Source of the DNA: Antedon mediterranea
Taxonomy: Eukaryota; Animalia; Echinodermata
Assembly (NCBI RefSeq): GCF_964355755.1
Contig: NC_092671.1
Coordinates: 4,960,001 to 5,024,000, forward strand
Length of the DNA: 64,000 nucleotides
Reading direction: 5' to 3'
Both the position numbers and the translations under genes were made by a program. Under the pieces are notes generated by a model. That model did no database searches. It saw nothing but the letters and a program-made list of their open reading frames with translations, and was not told the origin of the DNA. Below are positions 51,401 through 64,000 of this stretch, in pieces; within the stretch, counting starts at the first letter, position 1; each line of letters opens with the position of its first letter.

Positions 51401-54400
51401 AGAGGATGTCTTGGGCAGTTAGGAGTTCAGACGATACCACCTGTGTTGTCTCTTGTGGGCTGATCTGAAGACGTGCAACCGCTGTTGCTGCCAGGTCAGT
51501 ATCCGTATCCCTAATAGACTCGTCAATAGTCTATGTGGAATAAAAGAAGAATTAAGAATGTATTGGGCCTTATGGACATTCATCAGCTATCATTTGAATA
51601 ACTGAATTATAGTTGCATTTTATACTAAGATGTTCGTCTGATCTTAGTATGTGCCTCAATTTCCTAGTGTGCGATTTTGGCAATAAAAACCATCACCAAA
51701 TATTAGTCTCTACCTATAATACACAGTCATATCTTAACCTATGGTATGTAATGGACATATTAAGCATTAAGTGGTGTTGCAGTAGAAACTGAAAAAAAAA
51801 AAAAATTCTATGCAACAATAACAGTAACGTACCAGATTGCGTTGCACATCCTGTTTTACTATCACTGGTTCAACAACCTCTTCCTTGACCTCCAAAATCT
51901 CTTGAGGATCCACTACTATACGACACCAGACACGCTGTCCAAATTGCTGGCTACGGCCACGGTGAGTCAAACGCCAGTGGCTCTCGTAATCGCCTGGTGA
52001 AATTGGCGCTAGAAACTCGACACTGACACACCCTTCTTCATTGGTTTTCAAGGACGGGACATTGACGAGTGGAGTTGAGATTAGAGGAATGTTACCCCAC
52101 TGATATTGCAACTGTTGAAATAGAATGAAATTCTAAGGTTTATTTTTACAAACAACCAGTGGCCAACATCATACCAATCAAACAGTAACTATATAATGCA
52201 TAAATTGACCAATCATAGATGGATACATTGCTAGTACAGTAGAACCTATGTTAAGGTGATATCTTTACGATCCAACAAAGTGTCCCCGTAATAATATTAG
52301 AGGCGTTTCCCCTGAATAAGGGTTGGCCATATTTCCTATCATGTCATGAGAAGTGTCCCCTAAATATTGGTTTCTACCAGAATAGAGGTGTCCCGAAGTG
52401 GTGCTACATTACTACCAATCACTAAACTACATACCTGTGTAAGGGTATCCCAGTTCACATCACCTGTGTTCTTAATAGTCCAGTTCTTAATGAACTTAGT
52501 GCCTGGTTGTAGATGGCTGCCATCTGGTATGTTAGCATGAGCAACAAACACAGCATCCATTTTACTATAAAAAAAAAATTTCACAAAATTAAAAGAAAAT
52601 AATTTTGTATTGTATTTTATTGCTATTTAGAAGGATTGCCAATAGTTTTATTATGTTTCCTTAAGACGAAAAATGTTTTGACTTTTATTACATTTATTTT
52701 TCAACAAAAACATCAGGGACTTATAAAGAGTCAATGAAGCTCTCTGGCTGAGCAATAAGTCAGAAGTCCCGGCTTCAAAATTTAATCCAAGAAAGAATTG
52801 GCAAACTTACCTCATATGGGATTTTCCCTCATCCAACTCTGTAGTTGCACTGTCCACTATGATCCGAACTTTCTTCTCAGAGAACTGTTCAATTTTCTCA
52901 CGTTTTGTGGGTGAAAGGCCAACACAGATCTCCGCTTGTCGCTTCATCTTTTTCATCTTTAGTTTTTTAGCTTTTTCTGCTTTTCGGGCAGCTCTCTGTT
53001 CTCTTTTCCTTAGCCTGATAAAATAGAAACAAATACTGTAAAACAAATCCTTTAGAACAAAGTTATATACAAAACAATTGATGAAAAAGAGTGGAATATT
53101 GTTGATATTGGTCCTGAACTGAAAACAATCAGGCTGACTCAGAATGGTTTCCAGAATACTTTTAGTACATTTTCTAGTTTTGTCTGTATATTCCGTACCT
53201 TTCCTCGTAAGACTCTCCATATATGGAATGCTTGATGAGTGGTGCTCGTTTCCCGTCATAACGCAGTCCGACTCCTGACACCGGCCGTCTGATTTTCACA
53301 AACACATGATCAGGGTTATGTATGGAATCAATCAACTCGCACGTTTCACAAAGATCAAAGTCTTCACAATTACTGCAGAAAAAAAAATACTTGTAAATAT
53401 TACTTATCTTAAAACTTGGTTCGCTCCTGGATGCAACATAAGGATGTAGATGCAATAATTTGACAAATAAGCAACGACCCATCCATGCATATCTGAGGTC
53501 AAATTATTCGCATTGTACCTAAGTTAATAGTGACCTTTTTCATAGCAGCTGCTGTATAGGTTTTTCGAATGTTATCTTACTACAATGCTTACTGTACTCA
53601 CCCACATTTGTAGCGAATACCAACGATTTGATTATTACATCCATCACAGATAATACCTCTATGAATGCATATTACTGCAATTAAAAAATAATTTTTATAT
53701 GAATTGAGGATAATGTATTGGATGTAAAACAATTAAATCCAAGCCAAGGCTTTTATTTAAGTGTACATAGTGGTGGAACCAAACAGGAATAGATTTTATA
53801 TCAAATCTATTCAAGGTGAAACAAAACAGGAAAGAAATCATGAAAATTAAAACTCGCCACAGATTCAGGATGAGCCAATTAATCTTAGTTTCTAGTTCAG
53901 TCATAAGACCTATCTGGGAAAACTGACAGCCTTGAATATACAAACCATAAACAATGCATGAATGTACCACTTTACAACCAGTATAATCTTAATAACACTA
54001 CCTAAACACTATCAGTGCCACATTGAAACAAAATTGTATAATAGTAGAGCAGTTAATGACATGAGCTGTGCATTTTATTACCAAAGCATGAAACTTGGCA
54101 CAAAGTTTCTTTGATGTATATAGATTCAAAATATCGGGGGGTGCCAAGTGTCCAACGTCCGGTATGGCGGCCATCTTGATTTCAAAATGGCCACCATAAA
54201 AACAAAAAATGTTCATATCTGGGAAACTATACACATTAGAGACTTAATTCTGGTCTCAAATTCTTCACAAACTATATATTTCTATTTGCTCTAATGAAAA
54301 GTTTCGTCCAAAAATGACCGGAAATGACGTTTCTTACAGTTTGACCTTTGACCTCGTATTTGTATATCTCTGTAACTACTGGTCATTTTCAATTGATTTT

Positions 54401-57400
54401 GGTGTCACTTTGTTCAGAATAAATACATTTATATTTGTAGTAATGGAACATTTTCACATAAAATGACCGGAAATACAATTTATGACCTTTGACATTAATT
54501 TATTGATTTTTAATTATGTGAATATACTGTAGGTGGTTTTTGTTGGTCTAAAGTGCACCTAATTTTGAACTTTAACCTGATAGGCGTAATTATATTAAAT
54601 GATTAATGGACTTAAATTGTATATAGTACATAAAATTGGTAAACATTGTGCTTGGTGGTACCATTAGTTCAATGATGTTGGCACCTTCTGATTCGCTAAA
54701 AGTTTTAATAGTTTGACAGAGGAAATAACATACATGTTATTGAATACCGTAAAACCTCGAAAAGGTGATAGTATGAGCTTCTTTTCGAGACAGTCTGTAT
54801 TTGATTGTCAAATGAATATAGTATGATGATCGTGTTTATATCAATATATTATTAATGACCTTACAAAGAACCCTTTCTATTTCAACAATTAAGCCATAGT
54901 TATTCTACAATTTATTGTTTTCCAAGTGGTAGGCCTATTTTGATTGCATCTTATTTTTGTATGCTTCCTCGGTTAATATGGTCCTAACCCTCCTTCTTTG
55001 TCTGTAGATGATCTTATACCCCATTCTTTGTCTGTGGATGGTCTTTACCCGCTTCTGTGTCTGTTGATGGTATTATTACACCCCTTTCTTTATGTATGGA
55101 TGGTCTTACACCCATTTCTTTGTCTGTGGATGGTCCTACACTCCCTTCTTTGTCTGTGGATGGTCCTACACCCCTTCTTTTTCTGTGGATGGTCCTACAC
55201 CCCCTTCTTTGTCTGTGGATAGTCTTATGCACCTTTCTTTGTCTGTGGATGGTCTTACACACCTTTCTTTGTCTGTGGACGGTCTTATACCCCTTTCTTT
55301 GTCTGTGGATGGTCTTATACCCCTTCTGTGTCTGTTGATGGTATTACAACCCTTTCTTTGTCTGTTGATGGTATTACACCCCTTTCTTTGTCTGTGAATG
55401 GTTCTACACCCCTTCTTTGTCTGTGGATGGTCTTACACCCCTGTCTTTGTCTGTAGATGGTCTTACACTCCCTTCTTTGTATGTGGATGGTCTTACTTAC
55501 ACCCCTTCTTTGTCTGTGGGTGGTCTTACATCCCCTTCTTTGTCTGTGGATGGTCCGATGGTCCTACACCTCCTTTTTTGTCTGTGAATGGTCTTATACC
55601 CCTTCTTTGTCTGTAAGTGGTCCTATACCCCTTTCTTTGTCAGTGGACGGTTCTACACCCCCTTCTTTGTCTGTGGATGGTCTTACACCCCTTTCTCTTT
55701 CTGTGGACGGTCTTATACCCGCTTCTGTGCCTGTGGGTGATCTTATACCCCCTTCTTTGTCTGTTGATGGTATTACACCCCTTTCTTTGTCCGTTGATGG
55801 TATTACACCCCTTTTTTGTATGTGGATGGTCTTATACACCCCTTTCTTTGTGTATGGCTGGTCTTGCACTCCTTTAATTTGTCTGTGGATGGTCTTATAC
55901 CCCTTCTTTGTCTGTAAGTGGTCCTATACCCCTTTCTTTGTCAGTGGTGGATGGTCTTACACCCCCTTCTTTGTCTGTGGACGGTCCTACGCCCCCTTCT
56001 TTGTCTGTGGATGGTCCTATACCCCTTTTTTTGTCAGTGGATGGTCTTATACCCCCTTCTTTGTCTGTGGACGGTCCTACATCCCCTTCTTTGTCTTTAG
56101 ATGGCCTTAGACCCCTTTCTTTGTCTGTGGATGGTCTTATACCTCCTTCTTTGTGTGTGGATGGTCTTACACCCCCTTCTTTGTCTGTGGATGGTCTTAC
56201 ACCCCCTTTTTTGTCTGTGGATGGTCTTATACCTTCTTCTTTGTATGTGGATGGTCTTACAACCCCTTCTTTGTCTGTGGATGGTCTTACACCCCCTTCT
56301 TTGTCTGTGGATGGTCTTACACCCCCTTCTTTGTCTGGACCCACTACTTTGATTGATTAAATTAGACATTGTTTCTTGTATGATTAGGAAACCAAGACCT
56401 TTAAAGTGAAAGTCCACAGGTGGATGCCTAAACAGGTCTTGTACAGAACAGTATATTGTAGGTCCATGTCACTAATTTGAGGATTACTTGAATAATTATA
56501 TTGAGATGTCTTTTACGAATTGATTTAGTTCGGATTTTGCTAAAAAATCAATGACTAGAGAAAATCGAGGAAAAGGATTCAGATGAAATGGAGTACATTT
56601 TTTTAGATGCAACGAAAAAACGATTGACACATCACAGTTTAGCAAACATGTCGGCATAGATGAGCTCAGTGATCTGTCATACTTTATGCCTATCCTATCA
56701 CATCAAAAGTAAAACATTCAGAATCATAATTCCGTGTCATTTATTTCGGTAAAAAAATTAGGTGCATTTATACCAATTTAACCACATACAGTATGTTCAC
56801 ATAATTATATATGTCAAAGGTTATAAATTGTATTTCCAGTCATTTTATGTGAAAATGTTTCATTACTATAAATATAAATGTCTTTATTCTGAACAAAATG
56901 ACACCAAAATCGATTGAAAATGATCAGTAGTTAATGAGATATACAAATAAGAGGTCAAAGGTCAAACTGGAAGAAACGTAATTTTTGGACGAAACTTTTC
57001 ATTAGAGCAAATAGAAATATGTGGTTTGTGAACAATTTAACACCAGAATCAAGTCTCTACTGTTTATAGTTGCCAAGATATGAACACTTTTTGTTTTTAT
57101 GGTGGCCATTTTGAAATCAAGATGGCCGCCATACCGGACGTTGGACACTTGGCACCCCCCGATATTTTGAATCTATATACATCAAAGAATCTTTGTGGAA
57201 AGTTTCATGCTTTGGTAATAAAGTGCACAACTTGGCTATTTTTATGGCGTTAACTGCTCTACTATAAGGGCCGGCTCCATGTATGTTCAAGTCACTGATC
57301 TGTCACTGTATTCACCAAGCTTACCGTAGGCAAAGAGAAACACACTTACAATTTCAAATTTGTTTTTTTAAAATTGGTACTAACCTTGGTTGGATGTTGG

Positions 57401-60400
57401 CGTTACAGGAGTTGAACCCGGACTGGTGTCAACAGCACCTTGCAGCCCATCTAGTACACCCTTGACAACATCTGATGTAATCTGTAAAAGATCAAAATAT
57501 ACAATGAATGCTGACATAGTTAAATCAGGGAGTTGAAATAACATAACATTTCCTGACTGATAAAAGATGTACTTTAATATGTTTGAGAGTGCTTAAAGGT
57601 TCTTTCAGGTAGGCTCAAACCTCAACACTATCCTTTAACTACCTTATATGAGTATTCACCAATCACACACGTGAGATATTTCCCTTAAATCCTTAGGTAT
57701 AGCATTTGGCGAAATTCTACGGTGGAACCTATACTTATTCAAAAGTTTTGTTTTTAAATTTAGCCTAGATTAGATAATAGAATACTTTATAAAATAATCT
57801 AATATAAACTACTCCAATTTAGAAAAATTAAAATAAATTGTTTCTGATTTTGAATTAAATTTTAAAGATAATTTAACATGATGGAAAGTAACTATCATAC
57901 ATGACCAATTGCTGGATGTTAACCTATGTATGTTATCTGTAATAGAAACATTCACTTATAATGTTAACCACAGGAAGGGCATATATTACTGTTCATTCTA
58001 ACATGCACATGAGTCAGGGTGTAACATAGTTATTGCACAACCTCTGATGAGGATGTGAAATTGCTTGAATTTAAGGGAACTAATGGAAATCTAATTAAAA
58101 TTTTCGTCACATTTTCATGGTATTCATGGTTGGATATATGCTAGATTTCAACTAATAATGGTTACTGGGTATTTAAAATGTGATAATTTTAAATACTTGT
58201 TCATTTGTTGCGCCCTATTTGCATAAATTATCAATTTGGAAGAAGCCATGTATATTAAATCTTCATAAAGTAGAAGAGAAGTATTAATATTTTTCATATG
58301 GTTGCAGTGTTTTTTATTCATTTATTATACCTTTCATACATTTTTAGAAGCAACAATACTTTCCAGCATTTTTATATTCCAATACTTTGTGGCAAATGGC
58401 CACCAAAAATACTATAGTTTTTTTGACAGTACTATTCTACATCTAATTTGCATAAATAAATTAAAAAATAAAATTATGTTTGTATGTTACCACTACATTT
58501 ATTAATACCGTAACATTTATAAACTCATATTTCACATAATAATGATTAATTTTAAGATTTACTTCCAAATTAATTATAAATATATGTAAATTGAAATCTG
58601 ATAAGTCAAAATAGACACTTTAATCTTACCTTGGACTTTTCCTTGCTGAACCACTGAGGAGCTACCTCATCATGTACCAGTGCAAATGCAGTGTCCTTTC
58701 TGGGCTTAGGAATAGGTGCCACCACAGGCTCTGGCATCAGCTCTTCAAACTCCTTATCACATGGCTTAATCGCCTCAAGCTTCGTAGGTCTCGCCATGAA
58801 CTGGCCAACATTTGATGCTAGTTTGGCGTAATAATCTGAAGTTAGCTTAGGCTTGGGTGTAGGGGTTTTCTTACAAGGCATATCAGACACCTTAGACTGG
58901 GTTGTAAGGGTAGTAGTGCCTGTGTGTGGCATGGGTTGGCTCGTCCAGAACATACCAGCATTTGTTGCCAAGTTTGCGTAGTGGTCTGGTGATGGTTTAC
59001 TTGGTCGGCCACGTGGAGCTAGACGACGTCTTGATGGAACTTCTTTCCTTTCAATTTTCACAGGAACAGGCTTTACACCGTTCATATCTGGACTTCTATC
59101 ACAATGGTCTACTATTAGCTTATCTTCTTCTACTTCTTTATCAATTATCATTATACGAATGACGTCTTCACATTTTCTGGAGACTTTAAGAGCCTCCTGA
59201 AACTCATCTGAAATAAAGATTCACATCCTTGTATATTATACTTTAATATTATTTATTGATCGTTTCCTAGAAGTTATACCTATCATTAATAAATTAACAA
59301 TATTTGTATTTATAACCTGCCAATTATTAATTATCAATCTGTTGGAAATCTAAAATGTGACTAAATTAAAAATGTGTGTAGGATGTATAGAATTATGAAT
59401 TTTCTCTTAAATTTTGTCCCACAATATCACATGGGTCAAAATTCAACGTTTCTTAACTGTTTTAAAAAGCTAAACTTTAAATGCAAGGCCTACATTCATA
59501 AAAATGCAAATTAAAAAACATCTAGTGGATAGTGTATTACAGTATCATCAACTACTTACTGTAGCAATAAGAACATCTCAAAAGCAAGTGTTTTATGTTA
59601 TATAAGTAACAGTATACTAAAGGTTTAAATGCAAGCCAGCCATCCAGGGTATAATAACAAAGTGGACCCTGGATGTGATCTCAAATAAGTCTTAATAACT
59701 TGTTTTGCAATAAATGAAACTCATCTGATTCTTCCTGACAATAATCAGGTTTATCAAATTCTTCCTTGTCTGGAAGTGTCTCCATTTTGTTCTAGTTGTT
59801 TATTTAGATGTGATATTTTAAATTCATGTAACTTTTCTAATGGTTTAAGTAATTACTATTTAATCTATCTTTAGAAGAGACTACTATCGCAGTTTTGATT
59901 TTAAATCTAATTAAAATATTCGCTAAACTCATAATTATTAAATGTTTAACATATTAAAACATAGTATCTTACCTTCACAGTTAATAGTGACCTGGGGAAA
60001 AAAATGCATATTTAATTAGTTTTAAATGCATAAATCTAATGCATAAATCATGCAGTATAATATTCACTTATTTAAAGGGACATTTTCATTAATTAGCAAT
60101 AACTGCTCTATTAAGAAACAGTGAGTTTTGCATTTACTTGCTCACCATTTTATGAATTTGTAGCTAGCAATGTGGCATATTATATTATAGTATAGGCACA
60201 TTCTACACTGCCAAAAATGTTTCCAAATTTACCTAATTAATAAAGCAATTCATTTTTCTATCATGTCCACAAAGAATAAAACAAAATTTTCTATTGGGAA
60301 ACAGATTTCTATTCAAACAAAGCATTTTTTAATGTACTATATGAAAGGTACTTTACAGTAATTTGTATTATTATAATGATATGTGTGACAAATAAGAGAT

Positions 60401-61336
60401 CATTTGTGAACATAGCAAATCACATTCAGGCACTTTATTGTCTGAAACTAAATTATGTCTTTTATTACTAATAAATTCTAAATAAAAGTAAATTGTAAGG
60501 TCTTTCGAAATTCTTTTGAAAAATTTAAAGGGCCAGTTAAAAATTTAATATTTGGCTCTTCTTATTCAAAATTATCAGCCCTTAATTGTTAACAAAAATC
60601 TTGACGGCGGGTTGCCAATCACAAAATAAATATTGCTATTTGCCGACCAGATGAGCATTTAGCATGAGAAAATGTATGATCCGATTTTATTAATTTTCAT
60701 AATTAGAGTCTAGACAAGTATAGACAGTAACTTGAAAACAAATACAGTGAAAAATGTCCCAGCTGTTTTTAAAATTCCCTTGACATTATTGCAAAAGAAT
60801 AAGTTTTTTAATTTAAATATTTGTTATATTTATCAAAATAGTGTTTTAATAAATAGAAATAAAATCTAAATAAACCGTACCTTATCATTTTCATTGTCAA
60901 TGTATTTCACTGTAATGTTATTTACTTCAAACCCACATTCCAGCTGTAAGTAAATTAACAATTATTGTAAAGTTAATCATTAAAATATTATCAAATTTAT
61001 AAATTTAATAACATATGTCATGAGTCTGTGAAAATAATATCACAGAATATTGTCCTCACTACTCACACTAGGTAGCTAGGCAAATTAATTCATCTGTTTG
61101 AGAAATGCCTGTTACCAGTTTAATATTGACTAATTAATATTATTTTCATTCGTGACAATAAATAGCTAACCAGACGCAATAATATCCGCCGGACAAACGC
61201 ATCCTTCCCCTCTACTTCAGAGCTAGAGAGGTAGACTTACCATTGCTTTAAAATCGATCCATTTTGTTGAATAGGGCAATGATATGATGTTACTATCCCC
61301 TCCAAAAAGCACTTCAGCAGCAAAATTCTGAGACAT
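48426..61336 (-). CDS. NBR1: Autophagy receptor NBR1. Exons: 61336..61241, 60943..60881, 59991..59973, 59207..58630, 57481..57385, 53674..53602, 53372..53199, 53014..52811, 52564..52435, 52111..51833, 51530..51317, 50945..50790, 50520..50458, 50283..50147, 49923..49705, 49432..49143, 48928..48823, 48621..48426
   Basis: PB1 (VKYIDNENDKVTINCEDEFQEAL), ZZ finger (HRGIICDGC...GIRYKCGNCEDFDLCETC), FW domain (FIKNWTIKNTG...W, YESHWRL, FGQRVW), LLTAQDILSFEML, LIR EDFIVVPLPDCF, C-terminal UBA (QLLEMGFGNREQN..LL). Confidence 0.93.
54042..57264. mobile_element. Academ-like non-autonomous DNA transposon in an NBR1 intron (TAG...CTA termini, TAA TSD, ~480-bp TIRs)
   Basis: taa|tagtagagcagttaa ... ttaactgctctacta|taa; long inverted homology between 54042..54525 and 56790..57264. 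Confidence 0.78.
54990..56340. repeat. 30-bp minisatellite (ccttctttgtctgtggatggtcttacaccc), roughly 45 units
   Basis: Seen directly. Confidence 0.95.
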
Positions 61337-62089
61337 TCTTGTATCTGAAAATCCGCTTTAGATGCACATTAATAAAATAGAAACAAATAGAACCAATTAT
61401 TTTGCACAAATAGACAAACTACGACATATTAATCCAACTCTTTATTATCAGTTAGCCTGCAAATTCATCATGGCCGATAATATTTACCTTGGGAGAAAAA
61501 CCACGTCACTCTGTTTATGTAAACGTCATAACAAACCGTATTAAAATAGATCCAATGTTTCGACTAAATATTTTCATATAAACTAACTTTATATTATCCT
61601 ATTTTAATACTATCATTATGTAAAATCGTACAAATATGAATATAGCATTTTCTGTACATATTTCGTCCGAAATTGATAGCGATAATGGCGGAATAATATT
61701 GGTAAGTGGGACTTTCCCAAAATAAGCATGACGTAATATTTGTGTATCAGAGGTTTCGAGATGATGAGCAGCCGTCACGTCTAAATGCATCACTAACCAA
61801 TGACTTTAACAATAGACTGGTTTATGATGGTTTATTAGCTTTTTACCTGTATGAAAACGCCACCTACTTAATGGTGTTTATTGATTTAATTACAAAATAC
61901 AGTACTGTGTATAACAATAATACTCTATTTATTTCATACGTATTTCATACATTTCAACATAACCGGAAAGGGATGATACTATAATTTCCAAAATTGAGTT
62001 AACTTTTTCCTCTCCCTTATATCATGGAGAAATAAGATTTCTCCATTCTTATATCAAATTATAAAACTGCTACAGCCAACTCCTGCGAC

Positions 62090-62816
62090 TTTTTTTTTTT
62101 TTTTTTTTTTTTGGTCTTTTGTTTTTTTCTCAGTTTCGAATGTGGACTGAAGAACACTGCACATGATTATGAGTAAGATTGTTTTATGATTTTAGATCCT
62201 GAAATAGAATGGTAGGTTACGTTTATCCACTATAAGTAACAAATCGGCCTTAAATAATGAGCCTATTTTACATCACATTACATCTTTTTGGGGATCTCTT
62301 TCAATCACACACTCGGGTGGGTCAATAGATCCTCGGTGGTCCGGTACGGTTGATCTTCCCATTAGGTAGGATGTCCGTCACCATTTTTCAGGAGAGGGGA
62401 GGAATTGGCATGGCTGGGATCTTGTCACTATTTATCTTATCCGGTTTTACTGCAGTCACTCCTTAAGTGGGCATCTTAGATCAGTTTTTGTTTCTTATTT
62501 CTGCCCTTCAGACACCCCTTTACGATTGCTTTAGGAGTGATCCTCTCCAGTAGTCTAGTCTCAGAACAAAATGCCTTAATACCACGTGGTTTTGATAAAT
62601 CATAAGCAAGACGAACATAGGTACATCTGTTTTTATATAAGTATCTATACAAACGTTTTCCTAATTCACCAGAAAGTCCTTTTCCTTTCGGCACGTGGGT
62701 GTGGGGATTCCCTTCCGACACGAGAACAAGCTCCCATAGGGAATTCCCCCTTTGGGTAGCGGATCTATCCCATGTCCCTCCTCCCCTTAATTTTGACCGG
62801 ATACGCCTATTGGATA
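62090..62816 (-). mobile_element. Possible 5'-truncated non-LTR retroelement with a poly(A) tail
   Basis: T23 run at 62090..62112; GC-richer body; IKAFCSETRLLERI resembles LINE ORF2 C-termini; no TSD found. Confidence 0.3.
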
Positions 62817-63735
62817 CTGCTGTCACCCGCGCCGTAAAAAAAGTTTGTATGCCCCTTACTTATATATTTTTAAAACATAGAATGCTCATAACTTTTTTAC
62901 AATGCAGTTAAAAAAATCAAATTGTGTGACATCGTTTTTCGTCATCAAAAAACGAATAAAAAAAAGATATATCTCTTTAATTTGTAATATGGTGGCTGGT
63001 AAACAATTGTCAACGTGTCCAGAATTACAAATTGTCAATACAACATTCAAAAGTAAATGTATAGTATTATATGATTAAAAATGTATTTAAAAGCATCCGA
63101 CATTATTTACGTTACGGATGTTCAAATTGTCGTGCTTTATGAAAACAGAGGGGTGAGGTCGTCGGAACAGCCAATTTACTTAGGCTTGCTTTGATTACAC
63201 GGTGCGCGAGTCTCCGGTGGTCGTATTCACCCAAGCTGTGTTACGTTTGTATGGCAAGAAATTATTGTTAATTTAGCGTCCTGCACATTTTCTTGGTAAT
63301 AATATTACTTATTTCAAAAGGTATGTTGATCTATAAGTATCAAAGAATAGGATGGCTGAGAACCATGGTCGTATGTTTTGTGTTTCTTTTGTAATAAAAA
63401 CATTTTACGAAAGTGATTCGATTGGGACTTGGATGTGTTGTTGATTTCTCAGCAGTGCAGTGCGGTCAGACGTCTAGTCAGACCCTGCAAGAATTACTTC
63501 AATAAAAACACTTTTTTTATATAGAAAAGTTTATCATTGGATTGAATAAGAATAATATTAAAAGAATTAGCCCTTCAATTAAATCCTTTAATGTGCAAGT
63601 TGTTTTAATGTGCATTTTTTACATGTCATTTTTTCTTACTAAGTGGTTGCTCGCTCCCCACTTGCCCAGATCGTGAGGTCGTCTGAGTTGAGACATCGTC
63701 AGGTTGACATATTTCTCCTTTTTTTCACAGAAATA

Positions 63736-63947
63736 ATGCCAAACGAACGGAATACTAATAACAGAACACCTAATGGTGCGCAGGCAACAGGTAGTGGGGG
63801 AAATAGTGGTGCAAACAGCAGAAGAATTGGTCCTACAAACTCCTCTTCTGAACGAGAACAAACTGTTTCTCTGCCGCCTGCTCCTGCAAAAACGACTCCG
63901 TCCTCGGGAAAATGGAGTCAAAAAATGCTGAGCAACAGCGCAAGAAG
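63736..63947 (+). CDS. UBE2E: First coding exon of a probable class III ubiquitin-conjugating enzyme E2 E (gene continues beyond the window)
   Basis: Acceptor ttttcacag|A at 63730; a disordered S/G/N-rich N-terminus ends KMLSNSARR at a phase-2 donor, matching the LSTSAKR|IQKEL junction of UBE2E genes. Confidence 0.6.
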
Positions 63948-64000
63948 GTATTTTATCACATAATTATATCAATATTAACAGTTATTTTAGTCTTTGTGAA

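Noticed and set aside
54998-56417. Many overlapping ORFs (SLSVDGLTPP / PSTDKEGGVR repeats)
   Set aside because: Artefact of a stop-poor 30-bp minisatellite inside an intronic transposon; no supporting splice sites or domains.

Overview
AT-rich, intron-containing animal DNA. The DED-NACHT-LRR gene, TRIM-NHL gene and TAGGCCTA-rich introns suggest an invertebrate deuterostome, probably an echinoderm (inference). Host genes in order: a minus-strand NLR immune receptor (two near-identical tandem-DED exons plus one large NACHT-LRR exon), a C2H2 zinc-finger gene, a GT92/DUF23-like glycosyltransferase, STRAP, a frameshifted TRIM-NHL gene, an ER FKBP7/14-like gene, NBR1, and the first coding exon of a probable UBE2E. 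Mobile DNA includes a young, internally deleted Gmr1-like (SCAN-Gag) LTR retrotransposon in an NLR intron and an apparently intact 7.7-kb PIF/Harbinger transposon (transposase plus MADF gene, TIRs, TTA TSD). There are also several MITE/foldback elements and LINE remnants. Most notable: (1) a 111-bp inverted, mostly synonymously diverged copy of MADF exon 2 begins 11 nt past the MADF stop codon, a possible built-in hairpin/self-silencing module; (2) DED effector-exon replacement and duplication in the NLR; (3) a duplicate of the zinc-finger gene's 5' intron/exon appears to serve as the glycosyltransferase's 5' region. All gene models were read by eye from splice signals and phase; no searches were run.
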